Shown in pieces: positions 30,548 to 38,142 of a stretch of 64,000 nucleotides of DNA. The stretch is from Gammaproteobacteria bacterium (GTDB taxonomy: Bacteria > Pseudomonadota > Gammaproteobacteria > Eutrophobiales > Eutrophobiaceae). Location: contig OZ220696.1 in the NCBI GenBank assembly GCA_965116495.1, forward strand, positions 4,160,001 through 4,224,000, written 5' to 3'. Both the position numbers and the translations under genes were made by a program. How positions within the stretch are numbered: position 1 is the first letter of the stretch; each line of letters begins with the position of its first letter. The notes beneath the pieces were generated by a model. It did not search any database. It worked only from the letters and a program-made list of their open reading frames with translations, and was not told the DNA's origin.

Positions 30548-31117
30548 ATGTATGCCATTTATAAAAAATCCCAGGATCAAGATTCCTTTCGATATCGCTT
30601 TCTGGGAAGAATATCGCTTTTTGGTTGCAATATTGGTTACATTCCGTGGTTACTAAGCAAACAATTTTCTGTCAATTCCGCAGAACCTTTGCCTTGGCAT
30701 GTTAACGTCGAAAGCAGTTTGAAAGGTGTGGAGCAAGAAGATCAGACGCTTGTCACTGACCTTAAACCAAGAAATAAAGAAGTAAATCTCTCGCTTTATG
30801 AAGTAATGAATGTTTGGAGCTATTCCGATGCGGGGTGGTCCCCAATAATGCTCCACCTCAGGGGCTTATTCATTGATAGAAACCCTGAGAATTATGATAA
30901 AACAAAATTCACTCGTTTCCGATCGAAAGTTGATGAGCCGATTTTTTCAATGATGTATCTCCAAGGTACTGTGAAGGGAGGTCAACTTGAAGGGCGTTGG
31001 ACGCCACCCGGACCGAGTCCAACAAATTCAGTGCTGCTTTGGCCGAAAGCTTACGAATATTTTTGGCAGCAGGCCAAAAGGATAATTGATTCTACTGCCC
31101 ATGCCAGCAGTGATTAG
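30548..31117 (+). CDS. hypothetical protein
   Basis: 189-aa ORF, co-oriented with and closely spaced to the TA pair. Confidence 0.6.
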   Translation: MYAIYKKSQDQDSFRYRFLGRISLFGCNIGYIPWLLSKQFSVNSAEPLPWHVNVESSLKGVEQEDQTLVTDLKPRNKEVNLSLYEVMNVWSYSDAGWSPIMLHLRGLFIDRNPENYDKTKFTRFRSKVDEPIFSMMYLQGTVKGGQLEGRWTPPGPSPTNSVLLWPKAYEYFWQQAKRIIDSTAHASSD

Positions 31118-31137
31118 ACAGTGAGCACTCAAATCAA

Positions 31138-31395
31138 ATGCCAGAGATAAGCCGTTTCCTGGGAATAATCATCCGAATGTATTTTCGCGATCATGCCCCC
31201 GCACATTTTCATGCGGAGTATGGAGAGTATGAAATAACGGTTGATATTGAGACCGGGGTGGTTTCCGGCAGATTTCCGAAAAGAGCCCTACGAGCCGTTA
31301 TGGAGTGGTGTGAGTTGCACAGGGATGAATTGATGGCAAACTGGGAAGCTGCGAGGGAGCGTAAACCATTGTCAAAAATAGAACCGTTGGAGTAG
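31138..31395 (+). CDS. DUF4160 family protein (putative type II TA toxin)
   Basis: MPEISRFLGIIIRMYFRDHAPAHFHAEYG...LMANWE...KIEPL. Confidence 0.9.
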   Translation: MPEISRFLGIIIRMYFRDHAPAHFHAEYGEYEITVDIETGVVSGRFPKRALRAVMEWCELHRDELMANWEAARERKPLSKIEPLE

Positions 31396-31398
31396 TCA

Positions 31399-31635
31399 AT
31401 GTTCATTCACGTCACAAATGCGAAATATATCAGAGACTATCAGGTCTGGTTATCTTTTAATGATGGAACGGAAGGGATGGCTGATTTAGGCTCGGAACTA
31501 TATGGAGAAGTGTTTGAGCCACTTAAGGACAAGGAGTTTTTCAGGTCATTTTCCCTTGAGGGTCATACTCTCTCATGGAGCAATGGCGCTGATTTTGCGC
31601 CTGAGTTTTTGCGTGAGCAGGTCTGCGCCGGGTAA
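31399..31635 (+). CDS. DUF2442 family protein (putative antitoxin)
   Basis: FNDGTEG, GEVFEPLKD..FF, WSNGADFAPEFL; 3 bp after DUF4160. Confidence 0.9.
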   Translation: MFIHVTNAKYIRDYQVWLSFNDGTEGMADLGSELYGEVFEPLKDKEFFRSFSLEGHTLSWSNGADFAPEFLREQVCAG

Positions 31636-31860
31636 CACCCGGATTTATCCAGGTCGCGAAACTCTTCTATCACTAAACAATCCCAACAACTGATTTCACG
31701 AAGCAATCTGTGAACTAGCATCTTTATTTACACTTCGCAAAATGGGCGAATGTTGGCTCTTAGACCCGCCATTCTTGGCTTATTTTGTCAATTAGTATCG
31801 TACCGAGAACATGGCATAATTCAGCATGGTTGGCACTGGCATCAGAGTAATACTGTATCA

Positions 31861-33059
31861 ATGACAGAATATGTCTGTGCGTCGTGTATTGGTGAAGATG
31901 CACTCAAAAAATTCATTGAATGGAACGCGGACGAAACGCATTGCGACTTTTGTGGTGAAAGCTATGACAAAGATTATTCGATTCCGATAGATGATCTCCT
32001 CAATCATATGCGGGAATGCATTAGTCGGGAATATGATGATGCTGCCAATTGGCTCGCATACGAAAGTTCCGAAGGAGGCTATCAGTGGCCAACCATTGAC
32101 GCATACGATCTGATTATCGAGTTACAGATTGATTTTCCTAAAGATGAGAGTGGTGCTTTGCTCCAATACGTACTTAGTGATTTTAGCAATCAGGTATGGT
32201 GTGAGACTAACCCTTATGGGATGAATTCACTGGAAGTTGCACAATATTCCTGGGAGCGATTCTCCAAAATCGTAAAGCATGAGAGGCGATATTTTTTGAG
32301 GCCATAAAGCGGGAAAACAGATTTTCAGAGGCGCTCACTCCGGGAGACCTCCTGGCTCGAATTCTTGATTATGCAGAACAAATGGCCTTGGTAAAAGATT
32401 ATGATGCAGGGTTGATTATACAGAGGGCGAGAGCCTGGAAAAATGACCAACCATGGAACAGCCCTGAAGAATTAGGGCCACCCCCCACGGATAAAGCTTC
32501 GCAACCTAACCGTATGAGCCCCGCCGGAATACCGATGTTCTATGGAAGCGAGGATTCAAAGACTGCTGTATTGGAGACGGCCTCCCGGCCGGGAACGTTC
32601 ACCGTAGGTAAATTCGAGACAAATCGACCGATTGTGTTGCTCGACATATCCAGCGTTCCGCCTCTTCCATCCATATTTGAGATGATTCCGGACTCTTTGG
32701 AAGTAGACCCGAGACGAGCGATCGAATTCCTAGCACATATATCCGAGGAAATATCGAAACCTATAACAAGGGACGGTCACCAACATATTGAGTACGTACC
32801 CACCCAGGTTGTAACGGAATTTATTCGCGCACAACAATTGCTTGAGTGGAGAGCGATAGACGGAATAAAGTACGAGAGTGCCAGGAACCCGGGTCATTCC
32901 TCTTACGTTCTGTTTGCCACTCAAGACGATGTATTCAACGAGAATGACGATAGGAATAAGAACCCATGGCTTGAACTTGAGAGCGTCAGAAACGTCAGGA
33001 CAACACTCACGCATAAGGCTATTGGCCTTCCCGGAGCTTTTGACATCTCAGACGTGTAG
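31861..33059 (+). pseudogene. HEPN/RES-associated N-terminal domain plus RES domain protein, split by a frameshift
   Basis: VCASC...CDFC zinc ribbon, YESSEGGY; NRMSPAGIPMFY, EYVPTQVVTEFIR, DGIKYESA; one extra T at T6 (32292-32297) joins the two ORFs. Confidence 0.8.
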
Positions 33060-33147
33060 TTATGTTCACAGTATCCAGGAAAGCGAAAGGCGTGGACGAG
33101 TTATATATGCGCCCAATTCGGCAATTTCCGGGAGATTGTTTTTCGCA

Positions 33148-33564
33148 TTACATTTCTATATCAATATCTTCTGATTTGATAAGGTGCCTACGCGCCATCC
33201 GCATCTGGTGGTCAGCATTTATCAAGGCTACAAAAGGGTTGCTGACATGATACCAATTGTATTTGCTCAGTGCTGGCGAGATATTTAATTCTGACATCGC
33301 CAGCGCATAAAACCCGTACCTCTCTTTTTCTGTAAATCCGTCCATTCGTTCTTCCACAGCTGCCTCTGAGAACCCACCGTCGCGCAATAAAATACTTTCT
33401 GTTTTTTCTATAACACTCTTTTGAACTTCCGTGTCAAGAGTTTCAAAAGTGTACTTTGCGAGCAAGGCATTCATTGCTGCTTTAAATTTGGATGAAAAAA
33501 TTTTGAAATGGAAAAATACAGCCAAACCAACAATAAAAAATAGAAGAAATAATAGTGTGTTCAT
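33148..33564 (-). CDS. hypothetical protein with N-terminal membrane anchor
   Basis: Hydrophobic N-terminal helix, GGGGGAAG RBS. Confidence 0.6.
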   Translation of the reverse strand: MNTLLFLLFFIVGLAVFFHFKIFSSKFKAAMNALLAKYTFETLDTEVQKSVIEKTESILLRDGGFSEAAVEERMDGFTEKERYGFYALAMSELNISPALSKYNWYHVSNPFVALINADHQMRMARRHLIKSEDIDIEM

Positions 33565-33704
33565 TCGCTTCCCCCGAATAGGTATCAGGTCAACATAACT
33601 GCACAGACAAGCCTTATTGACAGATCAACGGTGCTGATTTTGTGCAGATTTTTTGCGCGAACATTTCTGCGCTGGGTAAATCACTTGGAATTTGTGATTG
33701 GGCG

Positions 33705-33920
33705 TCACACAGGGACAGGCGTCATACTGAACACGCGGGAATACTTTGCAGCAGTCTTGACGTCACCCCGACGCAAAGCCTCTCGCACGTCGTCAAGCCT
33801 GTAAGCGTCATCAACGGACAGGTATGGTGGCCACCCTCCGGGTTTCTCCAGTAACTCTACTTCAACTTCTGCAACAAAGTTGTTTTCATAAATGAACTTC
33901 GTCTGTTTTCTCTTGGTCAT
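33705..33920 (-). CDS. small conserved protein, partner of DUF4258-type genes
   Basis: MTKRKQTKF...AEVEVEL....WPPYLSVDDAYRLDDVREALRRGD; true start ATG 33920 overlaps an upstream remnant stop (ATGA). Confidence 0.7.
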   Translation of the reverse strand: MTKRKQTKFIYENNFVAEVEVELLEKPGGWPPYLSVDDAYRLDDVREALRRGDVKTAAKYSRVFSMTPVPV

Positions 33921-34322
33921 CTGCGTCTCCGCTTGAAATCCGTCTCCCATTTTTCGGGGTTGGGCAAACCAGGACGTTTTAGCGTCTTTGGAGCAGTGTA
34001 CCTTGAGCTTGAGATACACTCGCCATTCAGATCGTGCTTGGAAATAGGCCATTATATCATTTCAAAGTGCCCTACAAGGCGCAATGGCCTGCCACTTGTC
34101 TGGAACTGGAGAGCTCGGAGCACTTGACAACAATAATGTCGAGAAACAACTCAAATGGAATGAAAAAGACAGACTTGGCGAAATCGAGTGGATGAGTCCT
34201 CACTGATAAGCGTGAGTATCTGACTTTCAGTTTTTAGTGAACTTTTTGGTGAACCTTGGCTCTTCGTGGAGATAACACCTGCCAATTCCGAACTTTCAAC
34301 AGACTTTCGATATTTCATATCC

Positions 34323-34784
34323 CTAGCCCGGATATCTCACAAACCATTGTAAAAGGGTCTCAACTTCGCGTATAATGTGAATGTTATCAATAAGTTACAT
34401 GAAAGCGGAGGAGAGACCCCATGAATACAAAGTGTACTGCAACCCACCTTGAATTTCAAGCCTTTGGTCGGCGCCGGGTCACCGGGCTTAGACAACTGCG
34501 AGAGCGCCCCGTGCCCGACCCGCCCGGCTGACCCGCAGGGCCGCCCCTGTCCCCTGACCAACACGGCTGTCCCGCCGTGAACGGCTGCCCTTGGCCCAAT
34601 GAACGCTTCACACCCACTTGGGCAGGGTAAAAGCCGCTATATCACCAGATTTTTACGACAAACGGGCCATGCGCTTCACCTGTTTGTGTGGTGACCTGCC
34701 CTGCGGACCCCATACAGTGTATGAATCAAGGTCCGATAGCCTGTTTATCGCTATATGCCAGGGTTGGTGAGATATGCGGGCCAA
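34323..34784 (+). mobile_element. internally deleted IS1380-family element (MITE-like)
   Basis: Terminal IRs CCCGGATATCTCACAAACC (34327) and reverse complement CCCGCATATCTCACCAACC (ending 34780); mini-ORF 34421-34531 MNTKCTATHLEFQAFGRRRVTG resembles IS1380 transposase N-termini. Confidence 0.75.
34347..34376 (+). promoter_or_regulatory. sigma70-like promoter inside the IS remnant
   Basis: TTGTAA-N18-TATAAT followed by GGAGGAG RBS and ATG 34421. Confidence 0.5.
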
Positions 34785-34822
34785 TTACCGGTAATTCAAC
34801 CTGGTATTGTCTGACAACACTT

Positions 34823-34913
34823 ACCATTCCCGCAACAGCGGGAATCCAGTAAACAGCGAAACTCCTTATTACAGAAGGTTTGCTCACTGGATTCCCGTTT
34901 TTACGGGAATGGT
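34823..34913. repeat. REP-like doublet, family A
   Basis: ACCATTCCCGCAACAGCGGGAATCCAGT ... ACTGGATTCCCGTTTTTACGGGAATGGT. Confidence 0.8.
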
Positions 34914-34993
34914 CATTATCCGGCAATATTACGTTGAAAAACCACTGGTTGAAAATGTTAGACTCTTGACGAGGGCCAAAAGAGGATAACTAC

Positions 34994-36097
34994 ATGGCAA
35001 GAGTAGACGGTTCGGTTTTATTGGTCGGTAGTGTTCCGGGAAGTGATGCGGAACAGGTGATGCGATTTTGCGCGGGTGAACTGGGGGACAATTTAAGCTT
35101 TTTGCCGGATGGGGAGACCGGTTTCAGAAAAATCTGGATAAACTTTCTCGCCGCCACCATCTACGCTGCCAATGATGCTCTGGAGACGGTAAACCAGCCC
35201 GAACCCGTAAATCCGGATGACCCGGACGAATGGCGGGCAGCAAGCGATTACTGGGTCCCGAAGGGGTATCACGATCACTGGCAATTCAGAATCAGGGAAA
35301 ACAGGCAGGTGCATTTTGATCGCCTGGGTTATGCGCAGGAGGCAATCTCTTCCTACCAGGTATTCAAGCGACTGCGCGCCGAGGGCGTTATCTCTCCGGA
35401 CCAGCGGTTTATGGTGGCCATGCCCATGTGTGAATCCGCGGTGCGTCCGTTCCTGGGCAAGGCCGGGGAGAATGACTACGAAATGATTTCCGCTGCCTAT
35501 ACCGAAGCCATGTCCAGGGAAATACCGACAATGCTGGAAGTTATCCCGGCCGAAGACCTGGTGATCCAGTGGGATATCTGCATGGAGATGCTCGCAGTTG
35601 ACGTAAATGACAACCACTCGGCATTGTTTCCCTGGAAACCCGGGGGCAAGGCCATGGAACGTTATACCGCGACAGTCAGGACCTGTTCGGATTTCGTGCC
35701 GGAGGACGTTTTACTGGGTTTGCATTTCTGTTACGGCGACCTGGGTCACAGGCATTTCATCGAACCGCGCAGCCTGGAGAATGCGACGCGTATTGCAACA
35801 GAATCGGTGAAGGCTATCGGGCGTACGATTGATTTTTGCCATATCCCGGTCCCCCGGGACCGCCACGACGACGCCTATTTTGCGCCGTTATCGGACTGGC
35901 CGGAAAATGCCGGCAAACTGTTTCTGGGCCTGGTGCATCATACGGATGGTGTGGAAGGTACCGGGCGCAGGTTAACGACCGCCAAACGTCATATCGGTAA
36001 CTTCGGCATCGCCACCGAATGCGGTTTCGGCCGCCGTCCCGGTGAGACATTGCCCGAACTGATGCGCGTACACCGGGAAATAGCGGAACTGCTGTGA
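34994..36097 (+). CDS. single-barrel MetE-like (cobalamin-independent methionine synthase II fold) zinc enzyme
   Basis: LVGSVP, LPDGETG, IQWD, LHFCYGD and IATECGFGR zinc ligands; AGAGG RBS. Confidence 0.75.
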   Translation: MARVDGSVLLVGSVPGSDAEQVMRFCAGELGDNLSFLPDGETGFRKIWINFLAATIYAANDALETVNQPEPVNPDDPDEWRAASDYWVPKGYHDHWQFRIRENRQVHFDRLGYAQEAISSYQVFKRLRAEGVISPDQRFMVAMPMCESAVRPFLGKAGENDYEMISAAYTEAMSREIPTMLEVIPAEDLVIQWDICMEMLAVDVNDNHSALFPWKPGGKAMERYTATVRTCSDFVPEDVLLGLHFCYGDLGHRHFIEPRSLENATRIATESVKAIGRTIDFCHIPVPRDRHDDAYFAPLSDWPENAGKLFLGLVHHTDGVEGTGRRLTTAKRHIGNFGIATECGFGRRPGETLPELMRVHREIAELL

Positions 36098-36173
36098 ACT
36101 CCGGTTGTAACCCCTCGTATGACGCAGACCCAGCCAGGTGGCTGGAGCACCAAACCTGTTTGCCGCGACCGGA

Positions 36174-37178
36174 TTAATTCCCGCGGGGCACTCCGGCCAT
36201 CACCAGTAATTCCCCGCGCGAAACCATCCCCCGGTCGATAACGGTCAAAACAACACCATCTTCGATAAAACAGACTTTAACAGGTTCGCGTTCCGGTTCC
36301 ATAACGGAGTAGAGCATACCTGCCACATCACCTGATTTAACCGGCTGCCCGGGACTTGCCGCCGGCACGAATAATCCCTGTCCGTCTGAATATATTTTCC
36401 CGTTCATGCCCACATCAACAAGGAGGCTCTTATTATCCAGCGTTGGTATCTCTACTGAATGATCCAGCATATTCAGGCGATGCATGACCCGTAACAACCC
36501 GTCCCAGGCCAGTTGTACCATGTGGGGGTTGACGTTGCCGCCGCCGCCCAGTTCCGTCGCGAACATGGGCACGTCATTGCGGATTGCAGCGGCGTTGAAC
36601 GTGCTTTGTTCCGTGAACCCGGCGCACCAGGTATAAGGCGCATTGAATGCTTCAGCCAGGGCCAGGCTTGTTTCGTCGGCAGTCCTGGCGCCCAGGTACA
36701 CCATCGTCAGCGGCGCGAAGACATAGGCATTGCCGCCGCTGTGAAAATCAATGGCGGCGTCAGCTTCCGGTAATACCACGTCCTCGATGAAATGGGCAAT
36801 CATGCCGGTCGGGCCGCCAGTTCTACTGCCCGGAAATGCCCTGTTCAGGTTACCGTCATCCAGGGGAGAGCAGCGCGCCCCGGCTGCCACGGCCGGCATA
36901 TTCAGTGCCGGAAACATGATAATCCTCCCCTGCAGGTGAACCGGGTCCAGGGAGTGCAGGAGTCGCAGCAGTAGCGCCGGTCCCTCGTATTCATCACCGT
37001 GGGTGCCGCCAGCCAAAAGCAGGGTGGGACCTGTCCCGTTTTTTAGGACGGCAACCGGGATCGGATGATAGCCCAGCGGTTGCTCGTTGCTGGACCAGGG
37101 CAGGCGCAAATCACCTGTTTGTCTGCCTTGCGCGTTGAAATCAATGGTGGCGCTTATGCCAGTCTTGGTCCAATCCAT
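36174..37178 (-). CDS. succinylglutamate desuccinylase/aspartoacylase family deacylase (DoeB-like)
   Basis: GGTHGDEYEG, NLNRAFPG, DFHSGG, TELGGG. Confidence 0.88.
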   Translation of the reverse strand: MDWTKTGISATIDFNAQGRQTGDLRLPWSSNEQPLGYHPIPVAVLKNGTGPTLLLAGGTHGDEYEGPALLLRLLHSLDPVHLQGRIIMFPALNMPAVAAGARCSPLDDGNLNRAFPGSRTGGPTGMIAHFIEDVVLPEADAAIDFHSGGNAYVFAPLTMVYLGARTADETSLALAEAFNAPYTWCAGFTEQSTFNAAAIRNDVPMFATELGGGGNVNPHMVQLAWDGLLRVMHRLNMLDHSVEIPTLDNKSLLVDVGMNGKIYSDGQGLFVPAASPGQPVKSGDVAGMLYSVMEPEREPVKVCFIEDGVVLTVIDRGMVSRGELLVMAGVPRGN

Positions 37179-37180
37179 CG

Positions 37181-38050
37181 TCAGGTACTTTCGCTTGTCA
37201 TATTGGTAAACCGGGCAAGTTCATTGTTGAATTTTTTCGATTCTTCCCGGAATGGCATGTGGGCCGAATGTTCATAGATGGAGAGTGTTGATCGGGCACA
37301 TAACTTGTGCAAGTGCTCGGCCGCATCGACCAGGATAAACGGATCATGGCGGCCGTGGATGATCAGCGCCGGTTTACTGAACGAGGCCAGAATATCCGTA
37401 TTGTCGATGACCCGGTTCATCATCGCAGCCCGGACCGCGGGCGCGGTCATCATGGCCTGGGCTGTCAGAAATTGCAGTTGTGCCGGCGTGATATCCAGCA
37501 CCATATCCCGGGTACATCTTTGCATCGCCCGAAATTGTGTCTCCGGATCATCAGTCATCGTATCAGGCATATACTCTGCGGGTCCTATCCCCAGCATCCC
37601 GGCCAGTTCCGCAATGCCGAGGCCATGCAACCCGCTGACCATGATGATACCTGAAATGTCTGCCTGCCCGTGCCGGCGCAGGTAATCACCGATAACCAGC
37701 GCACCGCTGGACCAGCCGACCAGCACAACTTGCTTTTTCCGGTAGTGATTGAGTACGGCCAGCACATCATCCGCGTACAGCCTGGCGTCCAGGTAGTGTT
37801 CCTCACCCGTAGGGCATTCGGAATAACCGTGCCCGCGCAGGTCGAAAGCGATCAGGTGGAATTCTTTTGCCAGTTCACTGTTGAACTGCTTGATCCATGC
37901 CGCATGAGTTTGCGACCAGCCGTGGATAAACAGCACAGCCGGCGCATCCGTATTACCGGTGTCTTTATAATAAAGCCTGATGCCGTCAGCGCCTTGCAGA
38001 TAACCATGATTGAATAAAGCCTTGTCCGGCATGTTTTTCCGATCTGACAT
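37181..38050 (-). CDS. alpha/beta hydrolase (non-heme haloperoxidase-like)
   Basis: FIHGWSQ, DLRGHGYS, GWSSG nucleophile elbow, HGRHD, SAHMPF. Confidence 0.88.
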   Translation of the reverse strand: MSDRKNMPDKALFNHGYLQGADGIRLYYKDTGNTDAPAVLFIHGWSQTHAAWIKQFNSELAKEFHLIAFDLRGHGYSECPTGEEHYLDARLYADDVLAVLNHYRKKQVVLVGWSSGALVIGDYLRRHGQADISGIIMVSGLHGLGIAELAGMLGIGPAEYMPDTMTDDPETQFRAMQRCTRDMVLDITPAQLQFLTAQAMMTAPAVRAAMMNRVIDNTDILASFSKPALIIHGRHDPFILVDAAEHLHKLCARSTLSIYEHSAHMPFREESKKFNNELARFTNMTSEST

Positions 38051-38075
38051 ATGGAATGTGAAACGTACTATGGAT

Positions 38076-38111
38076 AAAAAAAACAGGCAACCGGTGTTCC
38101 CGGTTGCCTGT
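38076..38111 (-). terminator. intrinsic terminator after the TonB receptor
   Basis: 12-bp perfect stem ACAGGCAACCGG/CCGGTTGCCTGT followed by a T-run on the minus strand. Confidence 0.8.
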
Positions 38112-38142
38112 CCGCCACATTGGCAGAATACGCTCTCGAGGG

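Larger units (their letters stand above)
26090..34790. mobile_element. AT-richer accessory (defence-type) island
   Basis: Visible compositional shift after the soxG stop; hypothetical, TA, RES and phage-like genes; ends in an IS1380 remnant; boundaries approximate, no integrase seen. Confidence 0.7.

Noticed and set aside
34440-34510. Resemblance to 6S RNA segments (CACCTTGAA..TTCAAG; AACTGCGA)
   Set aside because: The segments are in the wrong order and the region is better explained as an IS1380 transposase remnant
26090-34790. Intact prophage or integron array
   Set aside because: No integrase, terminase or capsid genes; gene orientations are mixed and no repeated attC sites are seen
16227-37178. 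Ectoine catabolism (EutB, EutC and DoeB-like genes all present)
   Set aside because: The genes are dispersed and there is no EutD/DoeA M24 hydrolase or ectoine transporter in the window
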